Of a DNA stretch of 18,332 bases, positions 8,127 through 15,516 are shown piece by piece. Origin of the DNA: Oculatellaceae cyanobacterium bins.114. Lineage in GTDB: Bacteria > Cyanobacteriota > Cyanobacteriia > Elainellales > Elainellaceae. Where the stretch lies: positions 1 through 18,332 of the forward strand of contig JANRJA010000043.1 in assembly GCA_033764315.1 (NCBI GenBank). Direction: 5' to 3'. The notes under the pieces are model-generated. The model did no database searches. It worked only from the letters and a program-made list of their open reading frames with translations, and was not told the origin of the DNA. The position numbers and the translations under genes were made by a program. Position 1 is the stretch's first letter. Every line of letters starts with the position of its first letter.

Positions 8127-8411
8127 TTAAGAAGCACAGTAAAAACTAACAGGGATAAACTCACCACTCCAGCGCCATAAACGGCTATTTTTTATTTCTG
8201 AGTCAGCCGTAATAATCAGCGAGCCATAGAGGGAAGATAGTTGAAGAAAACCAGATCGTCCTTTTCGAAGGATCTCTTGAGCCGTTAAATGCTTACCTAT
8301 AAGTTGTTTAATCAGCAGACGCACCTGATGCGTAGTCTGGTGTTTCGTAAGCACAAACTGCTCTGAGCTTAGATTCAGTTCTGCCTGGTGCAGTGTAGAA
8401 TAATTGGACAT
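8127..8411 (-). CDS. Hypothetical 94-aa protein directly upstream of cas8
   Basis: GAGGA RBS 7 nt before the ATG, co-oriented with the cas operon. No family recognised. Confidence 0.55.
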   Translation of the reverse strand: MSNYSTLHQAELNLSSEQFVLTKHQTTHQVRLLIKQLIGKHLTAQEILRKGRSGFLQLSSLYGSLIITADSEIKNSRLWRWSGEFIPVSFYCAS

Positions 8412-8479
8412 GGGGATTTCCTCATTAAAAAATCAATCTGAGCCTGGATTGCGAGTCCGTAAGCTTAGATATTTGCGTT

Positions 8480-8517
8480 GTAGGGTGCTTTTCGGGTATC
8501 AATCGGAAGCACCCTAC
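8480..8517. repeat. GTAG-bounded inverted repeat or hairpin (REP-like, or 5'-leader RNA structure)
   Basis: GTAGGGTGCTT (8480-8490) pairs perfectly with AAGCACCCTAC (8507-8517). Confidence 0.7.
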
Positions 8518-8544
8518 GCTTTTAAGGTAGCATAAATTTTTAGG

Positions 8545-8565
8545 GTGTATGCTAATGAATTGAAA
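8545..8565 (+). promoter_or_regulatory. Putative Cascade target (GTG PAM plus 18-nt protospacer) in a probable promoter region
   Basis: GTG|TATGCTAATGAATTGAAA matches the guide TATGCTAATGACTTGAAA (8627-8644) at 17/18. The region is AT-rich with TATGCT/TAGCAT -10-like hexamers. Confidence 0.75.
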
Positions 8566-8583
8566 AGTGATATTCTTTTCCGT

Positions 8584-8674
8584 GTGGCAGGCTTGCGTAA
8601 TAAATCCTGGTTGACGGGACTGAAACTATGCTAATGACTTGAAATTGCATTCATGGCAGTCGCTAGTCTGCCAC
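8584..8674 (+). ncRNA. crRNA-like regulatory RNA (solo degenerate repeat plus guide; CreA/CreR-like)
   Basis: 8590-8626 matches the array repeat at 21 of its last 24 nt, keeping the hairpin (one G-U) and ACTGAAAC. A guide matching a nearby site follows it, and a 14-nt imperfect stem encloses the unit. Confidence 0.82.
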
Positions 8675-8689
8675 TCATATCTTTCTCCT

Positions 8690-11425
8690 CTAATGCAGTT
8701 GTACTGATCTCCCATCACAAATCCGTAATGCCCTGACAACCAGCCAGTAAAGCTGCTGATAAGGCAAATCATCTTCCCTGATTTTCTTGCCGAGCTTAAA
8801 CTCCTCTATGTCATAAGTCCGCTCAAATTCAGGAAGATGATCAGGTATTGCCAATTTTCCTTCTAGTCGTTTGCTCAATTGCCGCCAACTCTGTTGAATT
8901 ACCTCATTTGCTTTCGGATGCAGATGAATCGTTTCGTCGGAATCATCCCACCCCTTTGCCCAGGCAGAATGATGTCGCCCTGCTGCCATTTCAACTGTGT
9001 GACAAATCAAATCCACTTGGCTCTCATGCGCCTGAAACTGGCTCTCTAAAATGGGCGCGAGAGCAGCATCTAGCAACTTGAAGGTAATAAATGCACTTTC
9101 TACTGCATGAGATGGACGGGGATTTTGGGTGGTGTAATCCTCATAAGCCTTTTTGAAACCATCATGTTCAGGATGATGATCGGTGTGTGCCAAAAGTTGA
9201 TTCGCTGGATTTGTAATTTTGAACGCAGGCTTTTCAGATAGGCTTTGATAAAGCGCATAGGCAGCCCTTTGCCATCCACCCATCGCTTCCTGCCATTTCA
9301 CTTGCAGCTTACCGAGGTCATGGGTAATGACAGCCAAAAACACCAAAAGCTCAAATAGGGCTGTTGTCTGAGCTAATGTCGCTTGCGGAAAAAATTTACG
9401 AGCAATAAATCGCCCGCCTGCAAGGCTTAGTTCGGCGCTAGAGCTAGACACTATGGCAGGGGTCGGTTTTCCGTCAATCAACAGTTCTCCGGCAAAATCT
9501 CGCTCCCAGCACGTCCACATCCGTCCTAAATGACCCAAGTAAGTATCCATCTGGTAGCTATATTCTTTACTTACCTTTGCTTTGGGCTTCTTTTTGGGTG
9601 ATTGATAACTGCCATCGATGTGAACCCCAATCTGGAGTCCTACATCACGATCGTATTCAACATATTTTGGATTTACGACTAACCGAATACTCTCAGTCAG
9701 TTCTTTCTGAGTCTTGACAGGTTGTGCTTTGGGCAAGGTGTAGCCTTCCCCCGATTTACCTTCTGGTGGTACGACTTTTTTGAATAGCCATGTTTGGTCG
9801 TGGCTATCCAGATATTCGTGCCAGATTTTGATCAGAGTCGTGCGAGGTAGTGAAAATGGCTGAAGCTGTTTCACATCAACATCATTAGACACATCAAGAT
9901 CAATCATCGTAGGGTCTTCAATCATGAATACACTGCGATTATCAACATGGCGAATCAGATTCTCAGCAACGTTACGTTTGCCTTGAAATACCGCATCATC
10001 GAAATCAATCTCAAACTGACTCTTGTTCCGCGATCGCTTCCCTGCTTGTGTCTGATCTTCCTCACCATGTACCTGATTAATCCAGTTTTCCTCAATGGCA
10101 AACCCTACAGATAAATCGGCTTTACCCAAGCTCTGATGTTCTAGCAAAGCATCCCAAGTCCCTTCACAGACTTGATTATTCTTATAAGGCATAAAACTGA
10201 TTTTTTCGGAACGACCTTCTGCTTGGGCGATCGCCTCATCATCATCTTCTGACTCTGTCAACGCTTGTCGCTCATCACCGACCCATATCTGCCGATAAAC
10301 CACTACCTGTCCTGATTCGCCCCGAAACCGAGCACAGCGTCCTGCCCGTTGCAAAAGTGCATTCATTGGGCAAAGCTGCGTATGCATCACTTCGGAGGTG
10401 ATGTTGATGCCAGCTTCAACTACTTGTGTCGAAATGAGGATTTGGCAAACAGCTTCATCTTGCTTTCTCCAACCCTCGGCAAAGATCCTTTGCAAGTCTT
10501 CTTCCTTCTTCTTTCGATCTTCCGGTAAGAAGCGTGAATGCAGTAGGGTGATCAAAACATGACCTGGTGCAATCTCACGCAAATCCTGAAAAAGGCTCTG
10601 AGACTTAGCGACAGTATTGCAGATAACGATCACTCGTTTGCGATCGTGCTTTTGAATATCCTGCAAAATCACTTCAGCTCTAAGCGGTTCTGGGCTGGGG
10701 TTAAACAGCCGTTTGCGACTCCCTTCAATTTTTGCTAAATCATCACCCTCAACATTCACTAGATGCAAGACATCTTCTGGATATCCCTTTCTTGGCGTGA
10801 CCTCTTGTTGAATTTGCTGTGCTAACTCATGAGTTAAGGTTGCAGTCATGAGCAAATAAGGTGAAATTCCTTGCACCTGTTCTAACAGCTTAAGCGTAGT
10901 GGCAAAACTGCGATCGGGATCAAGTAAATGTAATTCGTCAAATACCAGGTAAGACGCAAATACCACGCCAGCATTCACATTGGCAGAACCGCGCCCGACC
11001 GAATAGGGAATACTCAAAAAACTGCTCAGCAGTTGGTCAATCGTACAGAAAACAATATCACCCTCAAATCTTGGATCTTCCGGGTTTTCGCCTGTCTGGA
11101 GTGTAACAACCAATGGGCGTTTTGGTGGATAAATCTTTTCCCATACTGTGACGTAGTTTTTTGTACGATCGCGCAAGCTAGTTGCTAATGTCCGCAACGG
11201 CACGATGTAAATAAGCTTATTGGGAAAATCTTGAATGTTTAGCACCTTGGCAAACAGGAAAGGGGCGATCGCGGTTTCTGTTTTTCCCGATCCGGTTGGT
11301 GCTCTCAATAAAACATTTTGCTGTTTCAAAATTTTAGCGATTGTCTCACGCTGAAACTTTCGTGGATATTTCCCTTCTCCCAACAATTCTTCAAATAATT
11401 GGTCAATTTGTTCTAATTCCACCAT
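8690..11425 (-). CDS. cas3: Cas3 helicase-nuclease with C-terminal HD domain
   Basis: APTGSGKT, DELH, MTAT, LHSRF, STQVVEAGINI and QRAGRCAR helicase motifs. C-terminal THDLGK, HAVES, HHS and ICD HD-nuclease motifs. AAGGA RBS. Confidence 0.95.
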   Translation of the reverse strand: MVELEQIDQLFEELLGEGKYPRKFQRETIAKILKQQNVLLRAPTGSGKTETAIAPFLFAKVLNIQDFPNKLIYIVPLRTLATSLRDRTKNYVTVWEKIYPPKRPLVVTLQTGENPEDPRFEGDIVFCTIDQLLSSFLSIPYSVGRGSANVNAGVVFASYLVFDELHLLDPDRSFATTLKLLEQVQGISPYLLMTATLTHELAQQIQQEVTPRKGYPEDVLHLVNVEGDDLAKIEGSRKRLFNPSPEPLRAEVILQDIQKHDRKRVIVICNTVAKSQSLFQDLREIAPGHVLITLLHSRFLPEDRKKKEEDLQRIFAEGWRKQDEAVCQILISTQVVEAGINITSEVMHTQLCPMNALLQRAGRCARFRGESGQVVVYRQIWVGDERQALTESEDDDEAIAQAEGRSEKISFMPYKNNQVCEGTWDALLEHQSLGKADLSVGFAIEENWINQVHGEEDQTQAGKRSRNKSQFEIDFDDAVFQGKRNVAENLIRHVDNRSVFMIEDPTMIDLDVSNDVDVKQLQPFSLPRTTLIKIWHEYLDSHDQTWLFKKVVPPEGKSGEGYTLPKAQPVKTQKELTESIRLVVNPKYVEYDRDVGLQIGVHIDGSYQSPKKKPKAKVSKEYSYQMDTYLGHLGRMWTCWERDFAGELLIDGKPTPAIVSSSSAELSLAGGRFIARKFFPQATLAQTTALFELLVFLAVITHDLGKLQVKWQEAMGGWQRAAYALYQSLSEKPAFKITNPANQLLAHTDHHPEHDGFKKAYEDYTTQNPRPSHAVESAFITFKLLDAALAPILESQFQAHESQVDLICHTVEMAAGRHHSAWAKGWDDSDETIHLHPKANEVIQQSWRQLSKRLEGKLAIPDHLPEFERTYDIEEFKLGKKIREDDLPYQQLYWLVVRALRICDGRSVQLH

Positions 11426-12398
11426 GTTCAGATTCCTTTATATATTTCTTGCTCATGCTTTCAATTTCATCTCGAATCAGTTTCACTAATTCTGGTGGAG
11501 ATTGAGCAATTGCTCCTTTGCCATAAAAGAGAACCCAACGCTTGATTTCATTCAATCCTCTTGCGACAAAATTCAGTGTCAATGAACCACCTGAATGCTC
11601 TTCAATTTGCTGGGTGGGGTGCCAGCGTCGCTCTCGAATATAAGGTGCTGTTACAGAATCAAACCAAATTGAAATTGGCATGGGTATACCACCGACTTCA
11701 TGTTGGAAAACTAATTCAAAGTGATCCTTTGCGTCAAAGGTAGGGTCAATCTCAAATGTCTCATCTACCAAATCTAATGTTTTAATTCGATCTACCCGAA
11801 ACCAACGTACCTCTTGTCTTGAGTGGCAATAACCTGTGACGTAAGGATTATTTCGAGAGAAGTGAAGTATATATGGATCAACCATTCGCTCAGAATGAGC
11901 ATTTCGACCTGCTGTATAGTAGGCAATTTTGACTCGTTGATGCTTTTGACAAGCAACTTCTAATGTGTGCCAAATTTCTGGATCTAGGCTGAGTTCTGCT
12001 CCAGCTCGGAATAGCACCTGTTCATTAGCAAGTTGTTGCAAATCTACCCAGGATTGTTCGGGTAAACGTTCAGCTAAACGAGCAACTGCTGATTGCAGCT
12101 CTTTGGCATACGCTGATCCTGCATATGCTTCTAGCATTCTTGCGCCTAACGTTAGAGCAAATAACTCTCCCTTACTTAAGGAAATACTTGGTAATCGCCA
12201 CTCAGGATCAGAGTAGTAATAGCCTTTTGTCTTGCTCCACACGATTGGGGCATTGAATCGATCGCGCAGAAAAGTAAGGTCATTGTGAATTGTTCGTTCA
12301 CGCACCTCAACGGCTTCAGCTATGCTTCGTGCTGTTTGTCGTTGTCCAGAACGTAATAAGGTGTCAATTTGAAGAAGACGTTCTAAATGTCGAGACAT
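11403..12398 (-). CDS. HTH-WYL-WCX transcriptional regulator
   Basis: N-terminal wHTH (ARSIAEAVEVRERTIHNDL), WYL-like ERMVDPY..PYVTGYCHSRQEVRWFRVDRI, and C-terminal RWVLFYG..SPPEL. Start is set at ATG 12398. It overlaps the cas3 start. Confidence 0.92.
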   Translation of the reverse strand: MSRHLERLLQIDTLLRSGQRQTARSIAEAVEVRERTIHNDLTFLRDRFNAPIVWSKTKGYYYSDPEWRLPSISLSKGELFALTLGARMLEAYAGSAYAKELQSAVARLAERLPEQSWVDLQQLANEQVLFRAGAELSLDPEIWHTLEVACQKHQRVKIAYYTAGRNAHSERMVDPYILHFSRNNPYVTGYCHSRQEVRWFRVDRIKTLDLVDETFEIDPTFDAKDHFELVFQHEVGGIPMPISIWFDSVTAPYIRERRWHPTQQIEEHSGGSLTLNFVARGLNEIKRWVLFYGKGAIAQSPPELVKLIRDEIESMSKKYIKESEHGGIRTN

Positions 12399-12433
12399 TC
12401 TACTTAAGCAATTTTGTCCCAATCCTAACCGTA

Positions 12434-12460
12434 GAACTCTGCAAAAACCTTGCAGAGTTC
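12434..12460. promoter_or_regulatory. Perfect 11-bp inverted repeat, candidate WYL-regulator operator
   Basis: GAACTCTGCAA-aaacc-TTGCAGAGTTC, about 35 nt upstream of the WYL start codon. Confidence 0.6.
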
Positions 12461-12664
12461 AAAAACTTCTAAGGTTAAGGTGTAAAGTTTAATTTCAAAT
12501 GGGATCGTTTCAAGGTTGATAGATAACTGCTCCAAAGCTTTGAGACGATGCTGACAATTTAGGTAAGTTCTAGGCGGCAAGAGTACTCATCTAAAAAAGT
12601 ATGGAATCGTTATGGTGTATTGAGATAACAAGAAAAGACACATTCCATCGTGTCTGTATTAAGC

Positions 12665-12931
12665 ATGGGAAAGAAGGGCATTACCTCCGCTCGTGGGGTG
12701 GGTGAGATTTACAACGAGACAAAGACTGAGCAAGTGAACCTGTTGCTAACCAAACAGGGGGTGTTGCTCCTGAATGCTCTGGCTAAAGCTCACGGTCTGA
12801 GCCGATCAGAGTTGATTGAACAGATTGCGCGGGGGCGTTTGCGCGTGACACCTCCGCAGTTTTCCAACCCTTCACAGATGAAGCGGTTATTCTTCACCAT
12901 TACCAGGTCATATATGCCGCCGAAGCCCTAG
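12665..12931 (+). CDS. Small ribbon-helix-helix (CopG-like) DNA-binding protein
   Basis: QVNLLLT strand followed by LLNALAKAHGLSRSELIEQIARG helices. The start is ATG 12665 or GTG 12650. Confidence 0.65.
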   Translation: MGKKGITSARGVGEIYNETKTEQVNLLLTKQGVLLLNALAKAHGLSRSELIEQIARGRLRVTPPQFSNPSQMKRLFFTITRSYMPPKP

Positions 12932-12977
12932 CCCTTATCAGCTCTGGTTTTGGGGATAGTGGATAGAGAGCTATGAG

Positions 12978-13001
12978 AGACGCGATAAATCGCGTCTGTA
13001 C
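12978..13001. repeat. REP-like palindrome
   Basis: AGACGCGA-TAAA-TCGCGTCT followed by GTAC. It resembles the GTAGAGACGCGAT..ATCGCGTCTCTAC class of cyanobacterial palindromes. Confidence 0.65.
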
Positions 13002-13017
13002 GAAGAGGGGAGTGATT

Positions 13018-13263
13018 ATGGCTGGTGTGGATATTGGTTTATTGATTGGAATCATTTCGTCCGTCGCGGGTGCGCTGGCGTGGTATCGCTCCTTGGCGCG
13101 ATCGCAGTACGCACGAGAACGTGAACTCGCCCACATCTTGAAGAATCAAGAGCAAACGGGGTTAGTGCTGCATGATTTGGTGGATCAGGTGGATGAGTTG
13201 GGCGATCGCCTCACTAAGCAGGAAGCATTAATCATCACTGCATTTGCGAGGCTCAAGCCATGA
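13018..13263 (+). CDS. Small phage-like membrane protein (one N-terminal TM helix plus coiled coil)
   Basis: GGGGAG RBS before ATG 13018 and a hydrophobic segment IGLLIGIISSVAGALAW. It lies upstream of the terminase genes. Confidence 0.6.
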   Translation: MAGVDIGLLIGIISSVAGALAWYRSLARSQYARERELAHILKNQEQTGLVLHDLVDQVDELGDRLTKQEALIITAFARLKP

Positions 13264-13397
13264 CACGCGAGCAGGAGTACATCAAGCGGGTGGCATTAGA
13301 ACTGCTGGTTGATTATGTCTGGGCGAAACAACGCCAGAAGGAGCGGCAACAGTGGCAAGACGATTCAACGCAACTAGAGCCGCTTCAGCCCTTGTAG
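13260..13397 (+). CDS. Small hypothetical protein, 45 aa (MTREQEYIKRVALELLVDYVWAKQRQKERQQWQDDSTQLEPLQPL), absent from the ORF track
   Basis: ATGA start/stop overlap with the previous gene. It fills the gap to the next gene. Confidence 0.45.
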   Translation: MTREQEYIKRVALELLVDYVWAKQRQKERQQWQDDSTQLEPLQPL

Positions 13398-13720
13398 AGG
13401 CAACGTTAAAGCCAGATAGACAGGTAGCGATTGAGTTTGGTGTGAGTGTGAGAGCGATCGAGTATTGGCGATCGCGGCTGAAGGTGGATGAGGAGTTACA
13501 GAGAGAGTTTCGGAAGATGGCAAACGATAAATTAAGTCAGTGGGTGGGTGAGATTCCAGAGTCGTTGGAGTTGGCGATCGGGTTTATTGCGAGTGCGGCG
13601 CGGTGTGGTGATACGACTAATCCTGACATGGTTAAGGCGATGACCGGGGCGATCGCCACCCTCAACGAAGTCATGCTGGTGCAGGAGGCGATGTCTAGCC
13701 GTAAAGCTGCAATGGGATGA
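13352..13720 (+). CDS. HTH protein, candidate terminase small subunit
   Basis: AAGGAG RBS and HTH-like DRQVAIEFGVSVRAIEYWR. It lies immediately upstream of the large terminase. Confidence 0.6.
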   Translation: MARRFNATRAASALVEATLKPDRQVAIEFGVSVRAIEYWRSRLKVDEELQREFRKMANDKLSQWVGEIPESLELAIGFIASAARCGDTTNPDMVKAMTGAIATLNEVMLVQEAMSSRKAAMG

Positions 13721-13799
13721 ATAAGTTATAAGTTTTGAGTTTTGAATTTTGAGTTGGCGTCTTAACTCATAACTCAAAACTCATAATTCAAAATTCATA
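13721..13799. repeat. Inverted arrays of 7-nt tandem repeats (STRR-like)
   Basis: (TTTTGAG/TTTTGAA)n followed by complementary (AACTCAT/AACTCAA/AATTCAA)n, able to form a long hairpin. Confidence 0.8.
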
Positions 13800-13824
13800 T
13801 CTCTTCTTGGGTGGTGATTCCTAA

Positions 13825-15296
13825 ATGTCCTCAGATTTGAATTCCCGAATTGAACGCAAGCTTAAGCAAATAGACAAGCTGTTCCCGGTTGAGAAGTCCA
13901 TTAAGTGGCAACCTCAGCCGGGTTCTCAGTCGTTGGCGTATCATTGCCCTGCTGACGAGTTGTTCTATGGTGGGTCGCCTGGGGGCGGCTGAGTAAATCA
14001 GATTTAATCCTGGGACTGGCTCTGAGCCAACATAAGCGATCGCTCATCCTCCGCCGTCGTGCCCTAGACCTGGCGGCAATCAAGGAGAGACTGACTGAAC
14101 TTACAGGACGTCTGCCCACAAACGAATTCAGAGTAGCGGGTCGTTATATCCAGTTGGGGGGCTGCAAGGATGAAAGCAGTAAGTACAAGTTTCAAGGTCA
14201 AGCCCATGACCTGAAAAGTTTTGATGAGGTGAATCAATTTTTAGAGAGCCAATACACCTACATCAAGACTTGGAATAGAACTGCTGAACCGGGGCAACGG
14301 TGCAGAGTGGTTAATAGCTTCAACCCTCCGACATCACCAGAGCAGAGATGGATCATTAACTATCTAGCTCCGTGGCTGGATAAGAAACACCCCAAACCTG
14401 CCATGAGTGGAGAGGTGAGATATTACATCAAGCGTGATGAGGTGGACGGACCCGAACCCGTAGAAATTAAAGGTAAGTTGGTCTATCCCATGAGCCGCTG
14501 TTTTATCCTCAGTAAAACGAGTGACAACGCTCTGCTGATGGCGACTGGCTACGATCGCCTATTGGCTAACCTGCCTCCAGAACTGGCGGCACTGACAGAC
14601 TTTGCAAGCTCAATGCAAGATGACCCCTATCAAGTCATCCCTACGAAATGGGTAGAGCTGGCACAAGACCGCTGGCGATCGCGTTGGGGTGCGGGGTATG
14701 ACCCTACTAGGACTAATGAAACGATGCCCACAATTCGCAACACCTTACAGGATGCGATCGCGGGTGACATTGCGCGGGGTGGAACGGATGAAACGGTAAT
14801 CGCTACCAGACACGCTGACAATGTGTTTTTGTGGGGCTATGCGGGAAAGGAGACACCAGACGGGGCAACGGCTGCCAGTAAGCTTTTGCAGCACAGGCAA
14901 GGCAATAGCCGCATGAGCATCGATGTGATTGGGTGGGGGTCTAGTGCCTATGACCACTTGAAAGGGTTAGGGCATCAGCCCTATGCGTTTAATGGTTCTA
15001 CTGCGTCGCCTGCTCGAACCAGGAGTGGGCAATTTGGCTTTGTGAATAAACGGGCTGAAGCCTATTGGAAGCTGAGAGAGATGTTAGATCCTGAGTATGG
15101 GGCTACGCTGTCTCTGCCGCCACATCCAAAGCTGTTAGGAGACTTGACTGCTCCGCGTTGGTTTCTGTCACTCCGGGGTATTCAAGTTGAGGAGAAGGCA
15201 GAAATTAAGAAGCGGTTGGGGCGATCGCCTGATACGGGGGATGCGGTGGTGATGGTGTGTGATGTGGGGGGGTTGGTGTATGGTTCGTCGTTTTAG
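13825..15296 (+). pseudogene. terL: Phage terminase large subunit disrupted in Walker A
   Basis: ATG 13825 reads WQPQPGSQ..ELFYGGSPGGG then TGA (13990). KSDLILG..ILRR resumes at 13995 in the frame of ORF 14154-15296. That frame has the Walker B-like SFDEV, FNPP, and nuclease motifs GDIARGGTDET, IDVIGWG and SPDTGDA. Confidence 0.88.
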
Positions 15297-15307
15297 GGCT
15301 GGATTTG

Positions 15308-15374
15308 AGGGCGTAGCATTTGGGCGAGGAACTGGGGAGTGGTGCAAGGATTGATCTGCCAAATGCTGCGCCCT
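15308..15374. repeat. REP/REPIN-like inverted repeat
   Basis: AGGGCGTAGCATTTGG (15308-15323) versus CCAAATGCTGCGCCCT (15359-15374): 15/16 complementary, 12 nt after the terL stop. Confidence 0.7.
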
Positions 15375-15516
15375 TATGGAAGAGGAGCTGACCATGATGC
15401 TGAGAACTGGGTTGGTGTGAGCGGCTTTATTCTCCGGAATAAGGTCTATTTTGTGTGAATTGACTTAAAGTTGTCGCTGGCTCCGAACCGATCGCTGATA
15501 TCTCGTTGGAAAGTGG

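Larger units (their letters stand above)
12665..15296 (+). mobile_element. Degenerate prophage remnant (packaging module fragment)
   Basis: Co-oriented small genes plus terS-like and broken terL. The region looks more GC-rich than the cas locus. No portal, capsid or integrase is present, and the boundaries are approximate. Confidence 0.6.

Noticed and set aside
8412-8530. Classic CreT-type RNA toxin (SD, start, rare codons, stop, hairpin)
   Set aside because: I could not find a convincing mini-ORF in that arrangement.
8528-8537. Second guide target on the opposite strand (TATGCTA)
   Set aside because: Only a 7-nt match, and it is flanked by ATT rather than GTN.
3796-11425. Type I-G call based on the C-terminal HD in Cas3
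   Set aside because: Cas5 and Cas6 are separate, Cas4 and Cas1 are unfused, and Cas7 is not Csb1-like.
1658-12472. Numerous short plus-strand or off-frame ORFs overlapping the cas, TA and WYL genes
   Set aside because: They are shadow ORFs of well-supported genes.
12973-13017. N-terminal extension of the membrane protein ORF
   Set aside because: It runs through a REP-like palindrome, and ATG 13018 has the better RBS.
13975-14000. Programmed -1 frameshift rescuing terL
   Set aside because: There is no canonical slippery heptamer, and the shifted product (GRLSKS) would not rebuild the GGGKS Walker A.
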